Shown here: one piece after another, positions 24,248 through 37,057 of the stretch
How the letters are laid out: the number at the start of each line of letters is the position of its first letter
How positions within the stretch are numbered: position 1 is the first letter of the stretch
NCBI RefSeq assembly: GCF_006345805.1
Contig: NC_042997.1
Span: forward strand, 164,176,001-164,240,000
Length of the DNA stretch: 64,000 nucleotides
DNA from: Octopus sinensis
Taxonomy: Eukaryota
Reading direction: 5' to 3'
Made by a program: the position numbers and the translations under genes
Notes under the pieces: generated by a model
Seen by the model: only the letters and a program-made list of their open reading frames with translations
The model's database searches: none
What the model was told of the DNA's origin: nothing

Positions 24248-24730
24248 TCACGTAACTGGACCATTAAAAGCTCCCTTCAATCATTGGGTGTTATGCTGTG
24301 CATGTGAAAAGCTGTTAAACCAATTGAAATCATAGTTGTGACCAATGCCAGTACTGTCTGACTGACACCCGTGCCAGTGGCACATAAAAGGCACCATCTG
24401 ACCCTTGGCTCTCATGGAGGCAGTGATAGGTGACCAAGACCCTTCGTGATATACCATGCCTGTGTTGACCTGTCAAGCCAAGTGAGACCATAGTTGTGGC
24501 TGATGCCGGTGATAGGTCAATGGCACTCATGCCAGTGGCACTCATGCCAGTGGCACGTAAAAAGCACCCACTACGCTTTTGGAGTGGTTGGCGTTAGGAA
24601 GGGTATCCAGCCATAGAAACCTTGTCAAATCAGATTAGAATCTGGTGCGCACCCCCTACCTGGTTAACCAGTTTCAGTCAAACTGTCCAACCCATACCAG
24701 CATGGAAAGTGGGTGTTAAATGATGATGAG
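24248..24730 (+). mobile_element. RTE-family 3'UTR copy
   Basis: GTGCCAGTGGCAC repeats, AAAAAGCACCCACTAC..GGCGTTAGGAAGGG, and a TAAATGATGATGA tail. Confidence 0.8.
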
Positions 24731-25293
24731 GATATATGTTGTCAGTTAGCTATCCATAAGTCAGAAGCAAAAGCACACTCAATATTTGAATATAAATAAC
24801 AGAGTAGGTACTGGTTATGGCATATAACAAGTCAGTATACATTTGTCGGTTCACATTGAATAGTGTGACAAGAAAAAATATTGATGTCTCTTCAGACGTA
24901 CAGGCTGTAAGCGTAGAGCATCAATATTATTGAGTGTCAACAAACCAACAATGACTTTCTGACTAGTTGTATGTCATAGCTAGTAATGTATTGTTTGATG
25001 ATATACATATATACATGTACATAGATATATAGATATATGTGTGTATGTGTGTGTGTGTGTGTGTGTCTGTGTCTGTGTGACTGTGTATCTGTATGCATGT
25101 ATTTATATTCCTGTGTGTCTGTATTATTGTGTCTATATGTAATTGCATATACACCTATGAGTGTGTATGTGTATCTGTCTGTGCTTATATATGAGTGCAT
25201 TTATGTACATATTTATGTATGTGTATGTATTATGAGTACATACATACATACATACATATACATATACATATACATATATATATACACACACAC

Positions 25294-25361
<68 letters not shown>

Positions 25362-25560
25362 TACAGGTTTTTTTTCCCTCAGTGTTTATTTTTTTCTCCA
25401 TTTCATTTATATTTAAATAATGGCTTCTTGCAGCACATCATTTTAAAATTAACTAATTAGTTATGTATTCAATTAAGAAATTAGAAGTAGCCGGATAAAT
25501 TATGATCTATATGTGAAATTTATGCTTTTATACTTCTAATTCTGTATATGTATATGGATT

Positions 25561-25740
25561 AGGGGGTGCGAAAAGTTCCTGGCTTTGAGAGTATTGCAAA
25601 AGTCATGGTTGGAGGCCCAACCTTCTGAGTACTTTTAAAGGACTGAAAAAAACTGATGGACCACTGCAAAAAGTGTGTGAATCTAAGGGGGGAATATGTT
25701 GAATAAAACCTTAATTAACTGATCCTCCTGTATTTTCTTT
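25561..25740 (+). mobile_element. mariner-derived non-autonomous element
   Basis: TIR-like AGGGGTGCGAAAAGTTCC. Encodes the mariner C-terminus GLKKLMDHCKKCVNLRGEYVE*. Confidence 0.75.
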
Positions 25741-25912
25741 TATTTTATATATGTAGATACATGTGTATATATGTGTGTGTATGTATATGTCTCATCATCA
25801 TCGATGCTAAACGATGATGATGATGATGATGATGTATATATATATATATATGTGTGTGTGTATGTGTGTGTGTGTATATACACACATACATACATAAGAC
25901 ATACGTACATAC

Positions 25913-25983
<71 letters not shown>

Positions 25984-26189
25984 TATATACATATATATAT
26001 TTATAACTATATATAATCATGCTTCTAACATTCAGTTTATCAACCATAATAGATCTATAATACTGTACACTCTGATTAATAGACCTACTCTATCAACAAA
26101 TATACAAGTCCAGATTTTTTATGTCTTAAGGATTCTTAGATACACATACACACACACACACACAACACTGTATCACAGTATCGACCAAA

Positions 26190-26450
26190 GCAGCAAATAC
26201 TGTTATAAACTGCTGGTCGCAATGCGCTTCCAATTCCCTTTTGATTCTGCCATTCTTTTCCATCTTGACCCAAATTACTAAACTAAACCATCTTCCCATT
26301 ATCACGGAGGCCTTCCAAGTAGCCTTTTCTGATCTCTTGGATATCACTTGGGAACTGCATGGGTCCACCTGTTGTCTGAACTTTGTGACATGTCCAGCCT
26401 AGTGAAACTTGTGCTTTCAGTATTCTGCAGTCGCATCATTCACTCTGTCC
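26190..26450 (-). mobile_element. Second RTE family, degenerate ORF C-terminus
   Basis: Minus strand reads SDNRWTHAV..YPRDQKRLLGRPP..WEDGL, matching the RTE DNRWT...WxPR..KR..GRP..RW motif. Confidence 0.7.
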
Positions 26451-26524
26451 CATTCTCTCTATATATACACACATATGTGTGTGTGTGTGTGTGTATATAT
26501 ATAAATAAAAATAAATGAACCCTT

Positions 26525-26752
26525 TTAAAGCCTAGCCAGGCTCATGGGCCCGGTTTCCCGGTTTCTATGGCGTATGTGTTCCCCAGCTGGATGGGACGCC
26601 AGTCCATCGCAGTGTTACTCATTTTTGCCAGCTGAGTGGACTGGAGCAACGTGAAATGAAGTGTTTTGCTCACGAACACATGTTGCCTGGTCCAGGAATC
26701 GAAACCACAATCATGATGCTGACACCCTAACCACTAAGCCACATGCCTCCAC
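26525..26752 (-). mobile_element. tRNA SINE (family E)
   Basis: GCTGAGTGGACTGGAGCAACGTGAAATGAAGTGTTTTGCTC..AACCACTAAGCCACATGCCTCC is shared with 35754-35885 and 45830-46164. Confidence 0.8.
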
Positions 26753-28835
26753 ACACACACACACACATATATATATATGTAAAACCCTTCAAAGCAATGC
26801 TCCAGCATGGCTGCAGTCAAATGACAAATAAGTAAAAGAATAGCAATTACAAGTATATATACTTTCTTCCTGTTCCTGTTCCAGTCAGGACCCTTGACCG
26901 TAGATGTCACACCCCTTTCCTTCTGACTCATCTCATCCCCACAGAAGACCAGCCAACATTAGAAGTGGCTTTGTTAGATTTGAATTACTGCTTGTATTTA
27001 GCTTCATCAGTAACAATTATCCACTGTCCATTGCACTGTGACTTTCTCACTGACTCGTGACACTAGTCTCTCGTTTTCTCTTCTATTACTCTTCCCTGAC
27101 CATTTCTATGTTAGTCTCTCTACAGATGGAAAATCATACACAGATATGACAGTTGTCATAAATCTATATGGTCATCACATCTTTATTGTAGTTGTTTATT
27201 ATTTATTAATCCAAAGTTGGTTCTGATCAAGCAGACCTATGATTAAAACAAGCACCCAATTCATTTTTTTTTTCTGGCAGGAAGTGTGTTTTAAGGGATA
27301 TAAAACTGTTATTTCTTACAAATTGATAAATCTTGTTGGTTTATGCGCATCATTGTAATTGGATATGCCACCATAAATTTTCGGATTTAAAACATCCTTC
27401 CTCTACATTAAATACAGTAACAAGATGATGGAGACATTTGGCTGCTACACAGAACAGAATAATGAGCTTGTAATAATTTACTTTTATTCTTCATTAATCA
27501 CACTGAAATATTATTTGGTAATTTTCATAAGTTAATCAGTGAGGTTAATTACTCAAATGCAATAGTTAACAATCATTAAGTTAGTGTTAACATATTTAAT
27601 GTAGTGAGAACATTAAAAAAGAAATGTCTAGAAATAATTATATAGTGAGGAAAATATAATATTAGCCTAATGTCTAATATTATTTTATTATTTTTGTAAC
27701 TTTGGAAAATATGGGTGGCAACTCCAAACTTGTTTTGGTCTCATTTGACTTCCTTGCCAAATTATTAACAAGTAAACCACAAAATGGTTATAGAATATGG
27801 CACATGAATAGGTACAGGACATTAGCATATTTAGGCACGCCACAACTCTTTTTCATAATTGTAAGAGAATGACTGTGTGGACATACAATACTGTAAATGT
27901 GTAGGTGTAGATAATTAGCATATTTAGAAGCAGCACAATTCCTTTACATAATGGTATAAATTGATGGTCTGATGCTAATTACAAGAATACCATTATAGCG
28001 TGGCTTATGAATAATTAAATATATGGTCATATCTATATGTATGTATTTCATTATAAAAGTAAGCCACCATGTGGGCCATTTTCCTCAGTTTGGGATGGAA
28101 TTAATTGTACCTCCACATATACTTGTTTGTGTTTTAATATGTCACCTTCAGCATCTCATGCACAGAACTTAGTTTTACAGAAAAACTAAATATAGAGAGA
28201 TATGACTCTTCATTTATTCATAGCCAAATACTGTATTGGCACTCTAGAAATTTTTTGGTATTATTGGCAGTCATATTCTCCATTATGAAACAATAAATGT
28301 TTATATTGTATTTGATAAAAAGAGTTTGTTAGCTTATAATATGATGGTTGGAGAAGTCAAGAATAGAAGTATAATAGAATCGGACAAGAACTGTTTGAAC
28401 AAAAAGAAATAAAAATGTTAGTTGCTGCAAAAGTGAGTTATACCAATGTCATTCAGAATAGATATTAAAAAAAAAAAAGAGTCTAGAACAATGCTTTGCA
28501 AATGGTGTACCACATGGGTATCAAGGTGAGCAGCATATATTTAAAAATATAATTTAAGGCTTTAGAAAATCTATTAATTCTTGAGCACTTTGCAAAGCAT
28601 GTTATAAATAATTTTTGTCATACACAAGTAAGATTAATAAAATGAAGTAAGCAATAGTTTTCTATATTTTTTCTCAATTGTTTATGTTAAAACAGTTTTT
28701 TTTTAATTTTCCAGGCAAAGTGCACCAGATAGTCAATAAGATTGAGAAATATTAATCTGAATAACAAAATGTAAGTCCATCGTCTCTGAGAAACAGGTAG
28801 CAAGTAATGTCCCTGTATGTTGCAGTAGTCTTGAG

Positions 28836-29158
28836 CTGTGGTTACAAAGTCAGAAAACAGCACAGCTCTCATGACTTTCGGAAACATTTTTTCATGCTAA
28901 GAGTTGCTGAAGCATGGAACAGACTGCTGGCGTCAGTTGTTAGTTGTCGGGGCACTGCATCCTTCAAAACTTCCATGCTTCCTGAGATTCGCCAACACTA
29001 CACCTGATTTTCTCCCTTCCATACACATGCAAGCATATATCTGACTCGTACACTGTTCGCTTTCCAGACATTTGTACATTACTGCATATACTCTATGCGC
29101 ACTTTTTGACAAGTTGTGGTGCACCTGAGCACTGTATACAATAATTTCATTATTATTT
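28836..29158 (+). mobile_element. CR1-clade LINE 3' end
   Basis: GYKVRKQHSSHDFRKHFFMLRVAEAWNRL..ASFK. The 3'UTR ends GGTGCACCTGAGCACTGTATACAA(ATT)n. Confidence 0.85.
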
Positions 29159-29626
29159 TTTTTTTTATTATAAACTTCGTTGTAGTAACTTCTGTTTGCC
29201 ATCTACTTTTATTCATTTATTTATCTATTTTTCATAAAAGCTATTCAGTGAAAGGAAGTACTGAGTTCCTATTGATCTGAAGAGTAACAATAAGTGAATG
29301 TGTCATCTCATAGAAGTACAGAACATTACAAGTAGCCATCTCCATATATTTGTAATAGTCCTTTGTACACTTTGAAAATGTGGTATTAGCATTTCCAAAC
29401 TATAATAACAATTCCCTACATAGACTCAGGTACATGTATTCAGCAGTGGACCCAATTTTGGTATATGGCTGTTGCTTCATTCCTTCTGATAAATAAACTT
29501 ATCAAACTCTCTTGTTAACTAATTGTTATCAGCACAGGCCATTACTAGTTTCCTCAGACTACATAGTTTACCTTACTCTTACATATGTCTGAAAAGGAGG
29601 GATAACCATGAATGGAACACCTTTAA

Positions 29627-29834
29627 CCCTTCAGATTATTCTGTCAAATACTTGTGCATTCACATTATCTTAAATTAATCATGTATTATTTCATAGCTTT
29701 GAATTTCAATGATGTTATCGTTTATTTGTAAAATGACACTGTAGGGTAGGCGTGAAAGGCCAGATCTGGCCAGCTTGAGTATAAAACAGATTGAATGTTT
29801 GGGCTGCATATGGCTGGTTTATATAAAAAAAAGG
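29627..29834 (-). mobile_element. piggyBac-type MITE, second copy
   Basis: TTAA flanks. The body is the reverse complement of 21735-21953. Confidence 0.7.
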
Positions 29835-30160
29835 TTAATCACAGACCTACTTGATCAGGATTGACTTGCAGCTAAACTAAACAACAGTGGTTATTAAATA
29901 AATCCATATGCACTATTTTTCTTTTGTTTTATACTTAATCACCTTACCATGTGACAACAAAGTGTCCACTCACAGGTATATGCAACATGTTTGGTTTAAT
30001 TACTTTTTATGTTTTGTGGTTTTGGCTTAATCCAAAAAGGAAAGAAGGATAAAAGTTATATTTAGACTGGAAACTAGGTTCAAAGACTCTCGACAGAGCA
30101 GACCCTACTAAAGACACCCAAATATGAGGTTGTGGTGTTAAGCCCAGTGAAAGATCAAGA

Positions 30161-31308
30161 TGTTACGGTTTAGCTGGTGCATTTCCCGGTGACCCACATT
30201 GGAATTATGGTTCCGGCATGTCTAGTAGAAAAGTGACAGTCTTTTGTTTAATGGAGGACTAATGGGTTTTGGAATGACCTGTGACCTTGTGCGGGTGAAT
30301 TAGGGGTCGCTCTGGGCACCCCTTGAAGAAGTGAAGAGGAGGACAGATTAAGGGAATCTAAGAGCAGATGGAGAGGGTATTGACAGTAGGAGAGAAGGAC
30401 AGGCAGAGAGTTTGGTAGAGCTGTCATGAGAGAGATAGAGTATAAGACTAAGGGACAGATAGAGAGGCTAAGGGACAGTAGGCGATATAGATAGAGTAAG
30501 GAATCAGATAGCAAATAGAAAGACTATAGGTGGTAGAACAGAGGGAGATGAGGGAGTGGAAGTCAGGACAAGGAAGTGAGGTTCTGGGCAGTCGTTGAGC
30601 GGTCGTCGAAGAACACAGACGGATCTTGCAGTCGCTGGCCGGTCCTCGAGGAAGACAGACGGACCTTGGATTTAAGGAGCAAGCATTGGAATTCTTAGGA
30701 GCAAGTTAGATGCGGAGGCTTGGCGGCACTGATTGGGATATATGCAGATTGGAATATGCACAGGAGGGAATTAGTAGTATTCAGAGGAATTAGCAGTATT
30801 GAGAGGAATGGGACACTGGCAGATTCAATTAGGAATTGAGGTATGTGTTTGTGCATTGATAAGAACAGTCAAGGACTCTGTCGATGTGGTCGATAAAGGA
30901 CATTGTGAAGAAGAAGAGTAAAGGACTTGTTGATTGTGATGTTTAGGAAGAGACTTTAAAGAACTGTTGTCTTGGGACGTGTACTCTTGAATTGTTACAT
31001 GATGTTGTATTATGCTTTGAGTTGTACTCTTGAAATGCTATTGTATTATGTATTGAGTAGTCACGTGCATGCTTTAAATGTATTTGATGTGTAGCAATTG
31101 TAATTGTCATATAAACTGTTGTTTGAATATAAGCCAGTGTCTCTGTTGCCTTGCCTCTCTTTGGGTTGTATCTCAGGTTGTGCCTCTGTATCTCTGTGTT
31201 GAGGTTGTGGCAGTATCTATCTGTATCTCCTCTCTCTGCCTCTTTGGGTTCCGTGGCGAACTAGTGGGCCGTTCGGGGCGGGCGACGACGGGGGATTCCG
31301 CCGTAACA
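30161..31308 (+). repeat. 5' LTR (1148 bp)
   Basis: Terminal inverted repeat TGTTACGG...CCGTAACA, followed after 2 nt by the PBS. Contains internal short tandem duplications. Confidence 0.85.
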
Positions 31309-31310
31309 AC

Positions 31311-31329
31311 TGGTGTCAGAAGTGGGATT
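31311..31329 (+). promoter_or_regulatory. Primer-binding site complementary to the tRNA-Leu 3' end
   Basis: TGGTGTCAGAAGTGGGATT is the reverse complement of ...AATCCCACTTCTGACACCA. Confidence 0.9.
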
Positions 31330-31366
31330 GTCCTGATTGCTGCGTTTCGATCGGTTCTTTTTCGCT

Positions 31367-33241
31367 ATGGATTTGTCTGGTTGTCAGACCGGAGACGAGG
31401 AGATTTCGCTTGCCCTGATTGTGGAGATGTTAAGGGGCCAGATGGCGCAGACGGACGCGTTCATGGAAAGGATGGACAAGAGGCGACGGGGCCTGTGGGC
31501 AGATCAGCGGGAACTTGAGGTTGCGGATGGGTCAGCTTTGAAGGATCGGTGTTGGACCGAGGATAGCGACGGTCCTGTGGGCAGAGATTGCCCGTCGAAT
31601 GAAGCATCGAGGGAAACAGATAGTGAAGGAAGTGTTGCCGAAATCTGTGATGCTGGACCGGCTGTGTTTGCGGAACCTGGGCTGGTTGCCGAAATTTGTG
31701 ATGCTGTACCCAAGAAATCTTGTGATTTGGAACCCGTAGAGGTTGAAGTAACCAAAAGGCCTGTGGAAGGTGTTATGGCTGATGCTGTTGTTCCGTGTCT
31801 GGAGCCCTTGGCATCTCGACCCCTGTCTCTCGGAGCTCAGGACGAAGAGCTGGCGAGGTCTGGGGTGAATGTCGCTGAATCCGAGGTCCCGGCTCTGTGT
31901 GTGATGGTCGCGGCAGGTGTTGTGCCGTGTGCGAGTCCTTTGGTGTCTGGACCCCTGTCTCTTGGGGCCCAGAGGGACTGTATGGTTCCCACCGTGGAGA
32001 GGCCACAGGCGTGGATGGACTGGCGGCCGAGCGTGTGTGTTGTGAGGCCTGCGGTACGGAAGCTGGTGAGGAAAAGGACCAGGCCCGTTGACGAGGCGAG
32101 ACGGCTGCGAACGGTGGTGGGTCCACCGAGTCCAGGAAGACTGCTTCAGCGTTGGGTGAGCTTTATGGTTGATGGTTGCTTGGGGCCGGTGGAGCCCGAC
32201 AGGCAGTGCCTAGTGAAAGCTCGATTGAGGGTCGGGTGGACCCTAGTGGAAGCAGAAGCTGGTGGAGCGCTGGCTAGGTCAGCCGATCTTTTGGAAGTGG
32301 CACAGGCGATTTGCAGAAGGCAAATCGAGGAATCGTGCCAGATGGCGAACCAGTGGTGGGGCCAGCTCTGCCGATACGGCAACGCAGTTGAAGGAGGTGG
32401 TGGCCCACGGATGCAGTTGAGGAAGCGGTCCGCAAGGAGTCGCTGGTGCTTTGTTGGCACTTGGGGGAGCTCTGTATTTGATGGTTGCGTGGGGCCGGTG
32501 GAGCCCGACATACAGTGCGGAGTAAGAGCTCAATTGAGGGTCGGCTGGACCCTGGTGGAGGCAGAAGCTGACAGAGCGCTGGTTGGGTCGGCCGAGTTAT
32601 TGAAGGCTGCACAGGCAATTTGCAGAGGGCAAATCGTGGAACTGCGCCGGACGGTAAACCAGCGGCGGGGTCAGTTCTGCCGGTGCAGTGATGAAGTTAA
32701 GGGAGATCGTGGTCCGCTGATGCAGTTGCGGAAGAAGCAACCGTTGGTGAAAAGCGCAGGACGTTGGTCGCGAGGGTTGTTGGATGCTGGTCGCACGGAC
32801 CTGGCAGAACGTTTCGTCGACCAAGGCGGTTGTCGCTTGAGGAGGCAGCGAGGCTGGAGGAAGGTCTCAGTACAGCAGCGCAAGAGGAGATATCGGCGAC
32901 AGGTAACAGTGAAAGGACAGAATGGTCCCTGGTTGTCAGCGATAATTGCGCGGAATGGGGATGGTACAGCAAGGTGCTGCGTGGGCTATAGATCCCTGAG
33001 GAAGGTGGCCACTGTGAAGGATTGGCCGGACCCTGCCTGTGGAAGGGATTTGAGGAACTTCCTCGGACGGTGCGCCTATTGTGGGCGGCTAGTAGGAAGC
33101 CTGGTGGCATTGGCGGAGGTGTTACCCAAGCCGCAGAGGGAAGGTGCCAACCTGTGGCTGGTGCTGAAGTGGTGGCTGTGGGAGGTGAGACCCCCGGAGG
33201 AGAAGCCACCCAAGGGGACCTCCAGTTCCTGGAACGTCTGA
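31367..33241 (+). CDS. Intact 624-aa Gypsy-derived ORF lacking catalytic PR/RT/RH/IN cores
   Basis: Open from ATG 31367 to TGA 33241. Pol remnants GRTDLAERFVDQG, GPWLSAIIARNGDGTARCCVGYRSL and KVATVKDWPDP..DLRNFLGRCAYCGRLV. Contains internal repeats. Confidence 0.7.
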   Translation: MDLSGCQTGDEEISLALIVEMLRGQMAQTDAFMERMDKRRRGLWADQRELEVADGSALKDRCWTEDSDGPVGRDCPSNEASRETDSEGSVAEICDAGPAVFAEPGLVAEICDAVPKKSCDLEPVEVEVTKRPVEGVMADAVVPCLEPLASRPLSLGAQDEELARSGVNVAESEVPALCVMVAAGVVPCASPLVSGPLSLGAQRDCMVPTVERPQAWMDWRPSVCVVRPAVRKLVRKRTRPVDEARRLRTVVGPPSPGRLLQRWVSFMVDGCLGPVEPDRQCLVKARLRVGWTLVEAEAGGALARSADLLEVAQAICRRQIEESCQMANQWWGQLCRYGNAVEGGGGPRMQLRKRSARSRWCFVGTWGSSVFDGCVGPVEPDIQCGVRAQLRVGWTLVEAEADRALVGSAELLKAAQAICRGQIVELRRTVNQRRGQFCRCSDEVKGDRGPLMQLRKKQPLVKSAGRWSRGLLDAGRTDLAERFVDQGGCRLRRQRGWRKVSVQQRKRRYRRQVTVKGQNGPWLSAIIARNGDGTARCCVGYRSLRKVATVKDWPDPACGRDLRNFLGRCAYCGRLVGSLVALAEVLPKPQREGANLWLVLKWWLWEVRPPEEKPPKGTSSSWNV

Positions 33242-33349
33242 TGGAGCTCGCCCTTGGAGCTGGGGGTTTGTTATGCTTTGTCGGGTCGACAAAAGCTTAG
33301 GTAGACAACAACTGAAGAATGTGAACAGCCCTTTTTAAATGAGTTTCCA

Positions 33350-33505
33350 CAAAGTTTCTGAAAATCAAATTTTGCTCACAAGGCTTTAGCTACCTTGATC
33401 CAATGACAGAAGAAACTTGCTCAAGGTGCAACATACTCCAACACAAACCTGAACCCACATTGTTCCAAAGCAAACTTCTTAACCCAGCTGACAGACCTGC
33501 ATCCA
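33350..33505 (-). mobile_element. Old SINE family A fragment
   Basis: CAAATTTTGCTCACAAGGCTTT..ACTTGCTCAAGGTGC..AAACTTCTTAACC. Confidence 0.6.
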
Positions 33506-35753
33506 TATTATGCAACAAATTAAGTTTAGAAATATCAATCTAGCTGAATGTTATTAAAACAAAAGCAAAATGACATAGAATAAGTTATATTCAAACCATA
33601 TAATTTAATTTCGCAACTTTCAGGCAATTTTCAAAGGTAAGTAAATTCAACAACCTGATTGTTTTCTGTATTCATTGTAAAATTTATAGCATTAATTTGT
33701 TTATAGCAACCTCGTTATTTAACAACTTCTTATTAAATTACTGGAAAATATTTAGTTATCGAGATGAATTTAATTAACATCTAATGAGTAAATTATACAG
33801 AGTTTTTACAATGCAGGTAAACTTTAATGTTCAAAACTATAGAAAGTTAACATGAGAACATGTTATCCATGAATGTGATGGAGATGAAACCATCTGTGTA
33901 TATATATATATATATTATTTATCCCTGTTGTTTTAAACCTTTCTTATACCCTGCACCCTCAGAAGGTGTTCGATTAATTTTCACACACCTTCAAAAGTAA
34001 TATCATATTTGAAGATGAAAAAATTGAATTTTCTAATAACTAATTTATTCCTTTAAATTGAACTACATGCAGAATTGTAGGAGAACAAAGTGAACTAAAA
34101 AAAAATAATAGCATTTGACTTAGTGCAAATGTAAATTGAGCAATTAGAAAAAGAATAATTGATAAGGCTGAAATCAGTCATAATTGTGAGCATAAAATTC
34201 AAGACTTCTCTGTTCCTGCTTTCTGTTCCTAACTTTTATCAAATGGTGGAACTTTATTTTGTTGATTGTTTTCTGTAGGCTTGTCTGTGCATTGAAAAGT
34301 TACTAGGTTTTGTTTTGATTGACAAAAAAGAACTAAATTCAAATTTACACAAATGGAATGAGAACATAGTTCTTCAGGGTTAAATCTATATATGTAGGAT
34401 AATAAAGTTTTAAGTGTGCTTAAAACAATAAAATCATTTTTAAGAGTTAGGTAATAATTTTTAATAATTTTTAGTAGATTATATATTCTTTATCTCTGCT
34501 GCACCCCTTGAAATACTGTTTGTACCCATCATCATACTTTTCAGGCACCCCAGATTACGAACCCCTAATCTAATCAAATCTGTACCACTGAGCTCTCTGA
34601 GTTGATTTGCCTTAACTCCTATTTATTTTAATTACACACATTTCTTTTGACTAAGAATATCATCAACTCTCACTTGAATGTGTCAAATCTGGTTTGGACT
34701 CAAGATGGATAATACTATGCTGATGGTGTCCATTTAGGCAGAAACATATACCCAAAGCTGACTTCTTGTCACTGAAACAAAAATTACATTATCTTTTTCT
34801 CCTAGCAAGTTAATCCAATGAGAAGTATTTTTCACGGAATTATCTACCCTTCTCATTCAAAGTTGCTAACAATCCCCACTAGGTTTATGTTTACTGTCAG
34901 CATAAGAAAATTCTATAAATTAGAATTTATTTTGCACAGTGTTTTTTTTTTATGAGCAGTGCTTGATTTATTATTTTGTTTGCTATTGAAAGAGACAACA
35001 AAGTTGGCACAATTTCATTGGAGGATGCTCTCAGTATCATTGTTTATGGAGTCAATGCAAGTTTGGCACATGTATCTAGATTGTGAGTGGATTATACATG
35101 TTTAGGGAAGGTTAGGGAGGAAGGAGGGAAAGAAGGATTGTGTTATCTGTGTAAGAGTGAATGTTGTTGGATATGGTGGTAAGCTGGTTGCTGATGTAGA
35201 GAAAGAAAAGAGGGAGAGACAGAACTGAATTCTGGGGATCATCAGAGTTGATTGAAAATGGAAGCAGAGAGAGAGAGAGAGAGAGAGAGAGAAATTCAAA
35301 ATGATGGAGCCCATCATTGTTAACGGCTGTCTCTATTACCTTGGAGATTTAGAACAGCAATAGAGCAATTGTATGCTGGAGGTGGGTATCCTTTCTTTAG
35401 AATAGGACACATTGAAGTATAATTCTAAATGTCAGGCTATATTTTTATACATACGGAGTGAGAGATTAAAGAATTTGGTGAGTAAAGGGGCAAATTCTGG
35501 AGCACATTGTGGAATGAAATGGAAAGGGCATTGTTAAGGCTAGTGACCTTGCAGGTAGTTTTGCACTATGTACATAAAAGCATGTGTGCATGTGTGTGTG
35601 TATGTGTGTGTATGTGTATGTGTGTGTATGTGTGTGTGTATGTGTGTGTGTATGTGTGTGTGTATGTGTGTGTATGTATGTGTGTGTGTGTGTATGTGCA
35701 CATATAAAGGGGCTATGTTTGCATGTGTATGTGTATGCATGTGTGTGTGTGTG

Positions 35754-35885
35754 GAGGCACATGGCTTAGTGCTCAGAGTGTTGCGCTCATGATCATAAGA
35801 TTGTAGTTTCAATTCCTGGACTGTCCAGTGCATTGTGTTCTTGAGCAAAAACACTTCATTTCATGTTGCTCCAGTTCACTCAGCA
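35754..35885 (+). mobile_element. tRNA SINE (family E) 5' half
   Basis: GAGGCACATGGCTTAGTG..TGTGTTCTTGAGCAAAACACTTCATTTCATGTTGCTCCAGTTCACTCAGC. Confidence 0.75.
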
Positions 35886-35999
35886 GTAGGGGACTATTAT
35901 ACCAAAAAATCCAGAAAACCAGTCTTATGAGTCTATGGCCCGGAAAAGGACCTTTGATCCTTTTACATATATGTATGCATATATATATGTATATATATG

Positions 36000-36038
<39 letters not shown>

Positions 36039-36109
36039 TGAATTGTTTGAGCACTACTAAGTGTCTTCTATACAGAAAATCTCTAGATCTCATCTGTGAA
36101 CTATATATA

Positions 36110-36149
<40 letters not shown>

Positions 36150-36164
36150 ATATACAAGTATGAA

Positions 36165-36700
36165 TCATGAGATATCCATTATGCATTTTCAGTTTTCATC
36201 AGTGACAATTTTTTCCAAGAAGGCATCATCTTTATTTTAGCAATTCAAAAATGGTTGACAGATTTCCATAATATTTTCTTTGAGGAATTGTATGAGTCTT
36301 TTGGGACCCATCTCGCATGGCTTTAAGCCAATCTGTTATGGATGATTTTGTAAGCAGAACCATAACTAATTTGCATATTATTTGCTAGTTCATCAATAGC
36401 ATACCTCTATTAAAAAAAAAAAATCACGTCACAAATGCATATATGGGCAGGTATTTTTAATGCATGACATTCATGCAGCAATTTTTGAAATTTCCTATCC
36501 ATTCATTGACAGTATGAAGCAGCAAAACAGTGTTTTCATACTGTGCTGAAAAGCCTTCAGGCCCGGAAATACTTTCAGCCCACCAGAAAACAGATCACTG
36601 AACATTGCTCTTCTCTTAAGCAGAAAGAAAGTGAAAGCAGCCATAGTTAATGCAAATACAATCGCAACTTAATTGATGTTTAAAGTTTTAACCTGCTTAG
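36165..36700 (-). mobile_element. mariner transposase N-terminal pseudogene fragment
   Basis: Minus strand reads IDELANNMQISYGSAYKIIHNRL..ARWVPKRL..DAFLEKIVTDE, including the WVPxxL motif. Confidence 0.8.
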
Positions 36701-36813
36701 CAGAGACCAGAGGGAGACCCCATCTAGTGATGCACATGGAACAAATTTCTACATCAATATATGTAATGTATGTATGTATGTATGTATGTGAATATGTATG
36801 CATCTAGGTATGA

Positions 36814-36858
<45 letters not shown>

Positions 36859-37057
36859 CTTAAGCAGACAGAAAGTGAAAGCAGCCATAGTTAATGCAAA
36901 TACAATGGCAACTTAATTGATGTTTAAAGTTTTAACCTGCTTAGCAGAGACCAGAGGGAGACCCCATCTAGTGATGCACATGGAACAAATTTCTACATCA
37001 ATATATGTAATGTATGTATGTATGTATGTATGTGAATATGTATGCATCTAGGTATGA

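Larger units (their letters stand above)
30161..33291 (+). mobile_element. Non-autonomous Gypsy-type LTR retroelement, 3' LTR missing or truncated
   Basis: LTR, tRNA-Leu PBS, gag/pol-derived ORF, and PPT-like GGAGCTGGGGG followed by TGTTATG. Sharply GC-rich relative to the flanks. Confidence 0.85.

Noticed and set aside
31504-33300. Antisense and alternate-frame ORFs in the LTR element
   Set aside because: Expected shadow ORFs of GC-rich sequence, with no motifs.
33922-34567. Possible hAT MITE (GCACCCC motifs, GAACCCCT end)
   Set aside because: The left TIR and TSD could not be identified.
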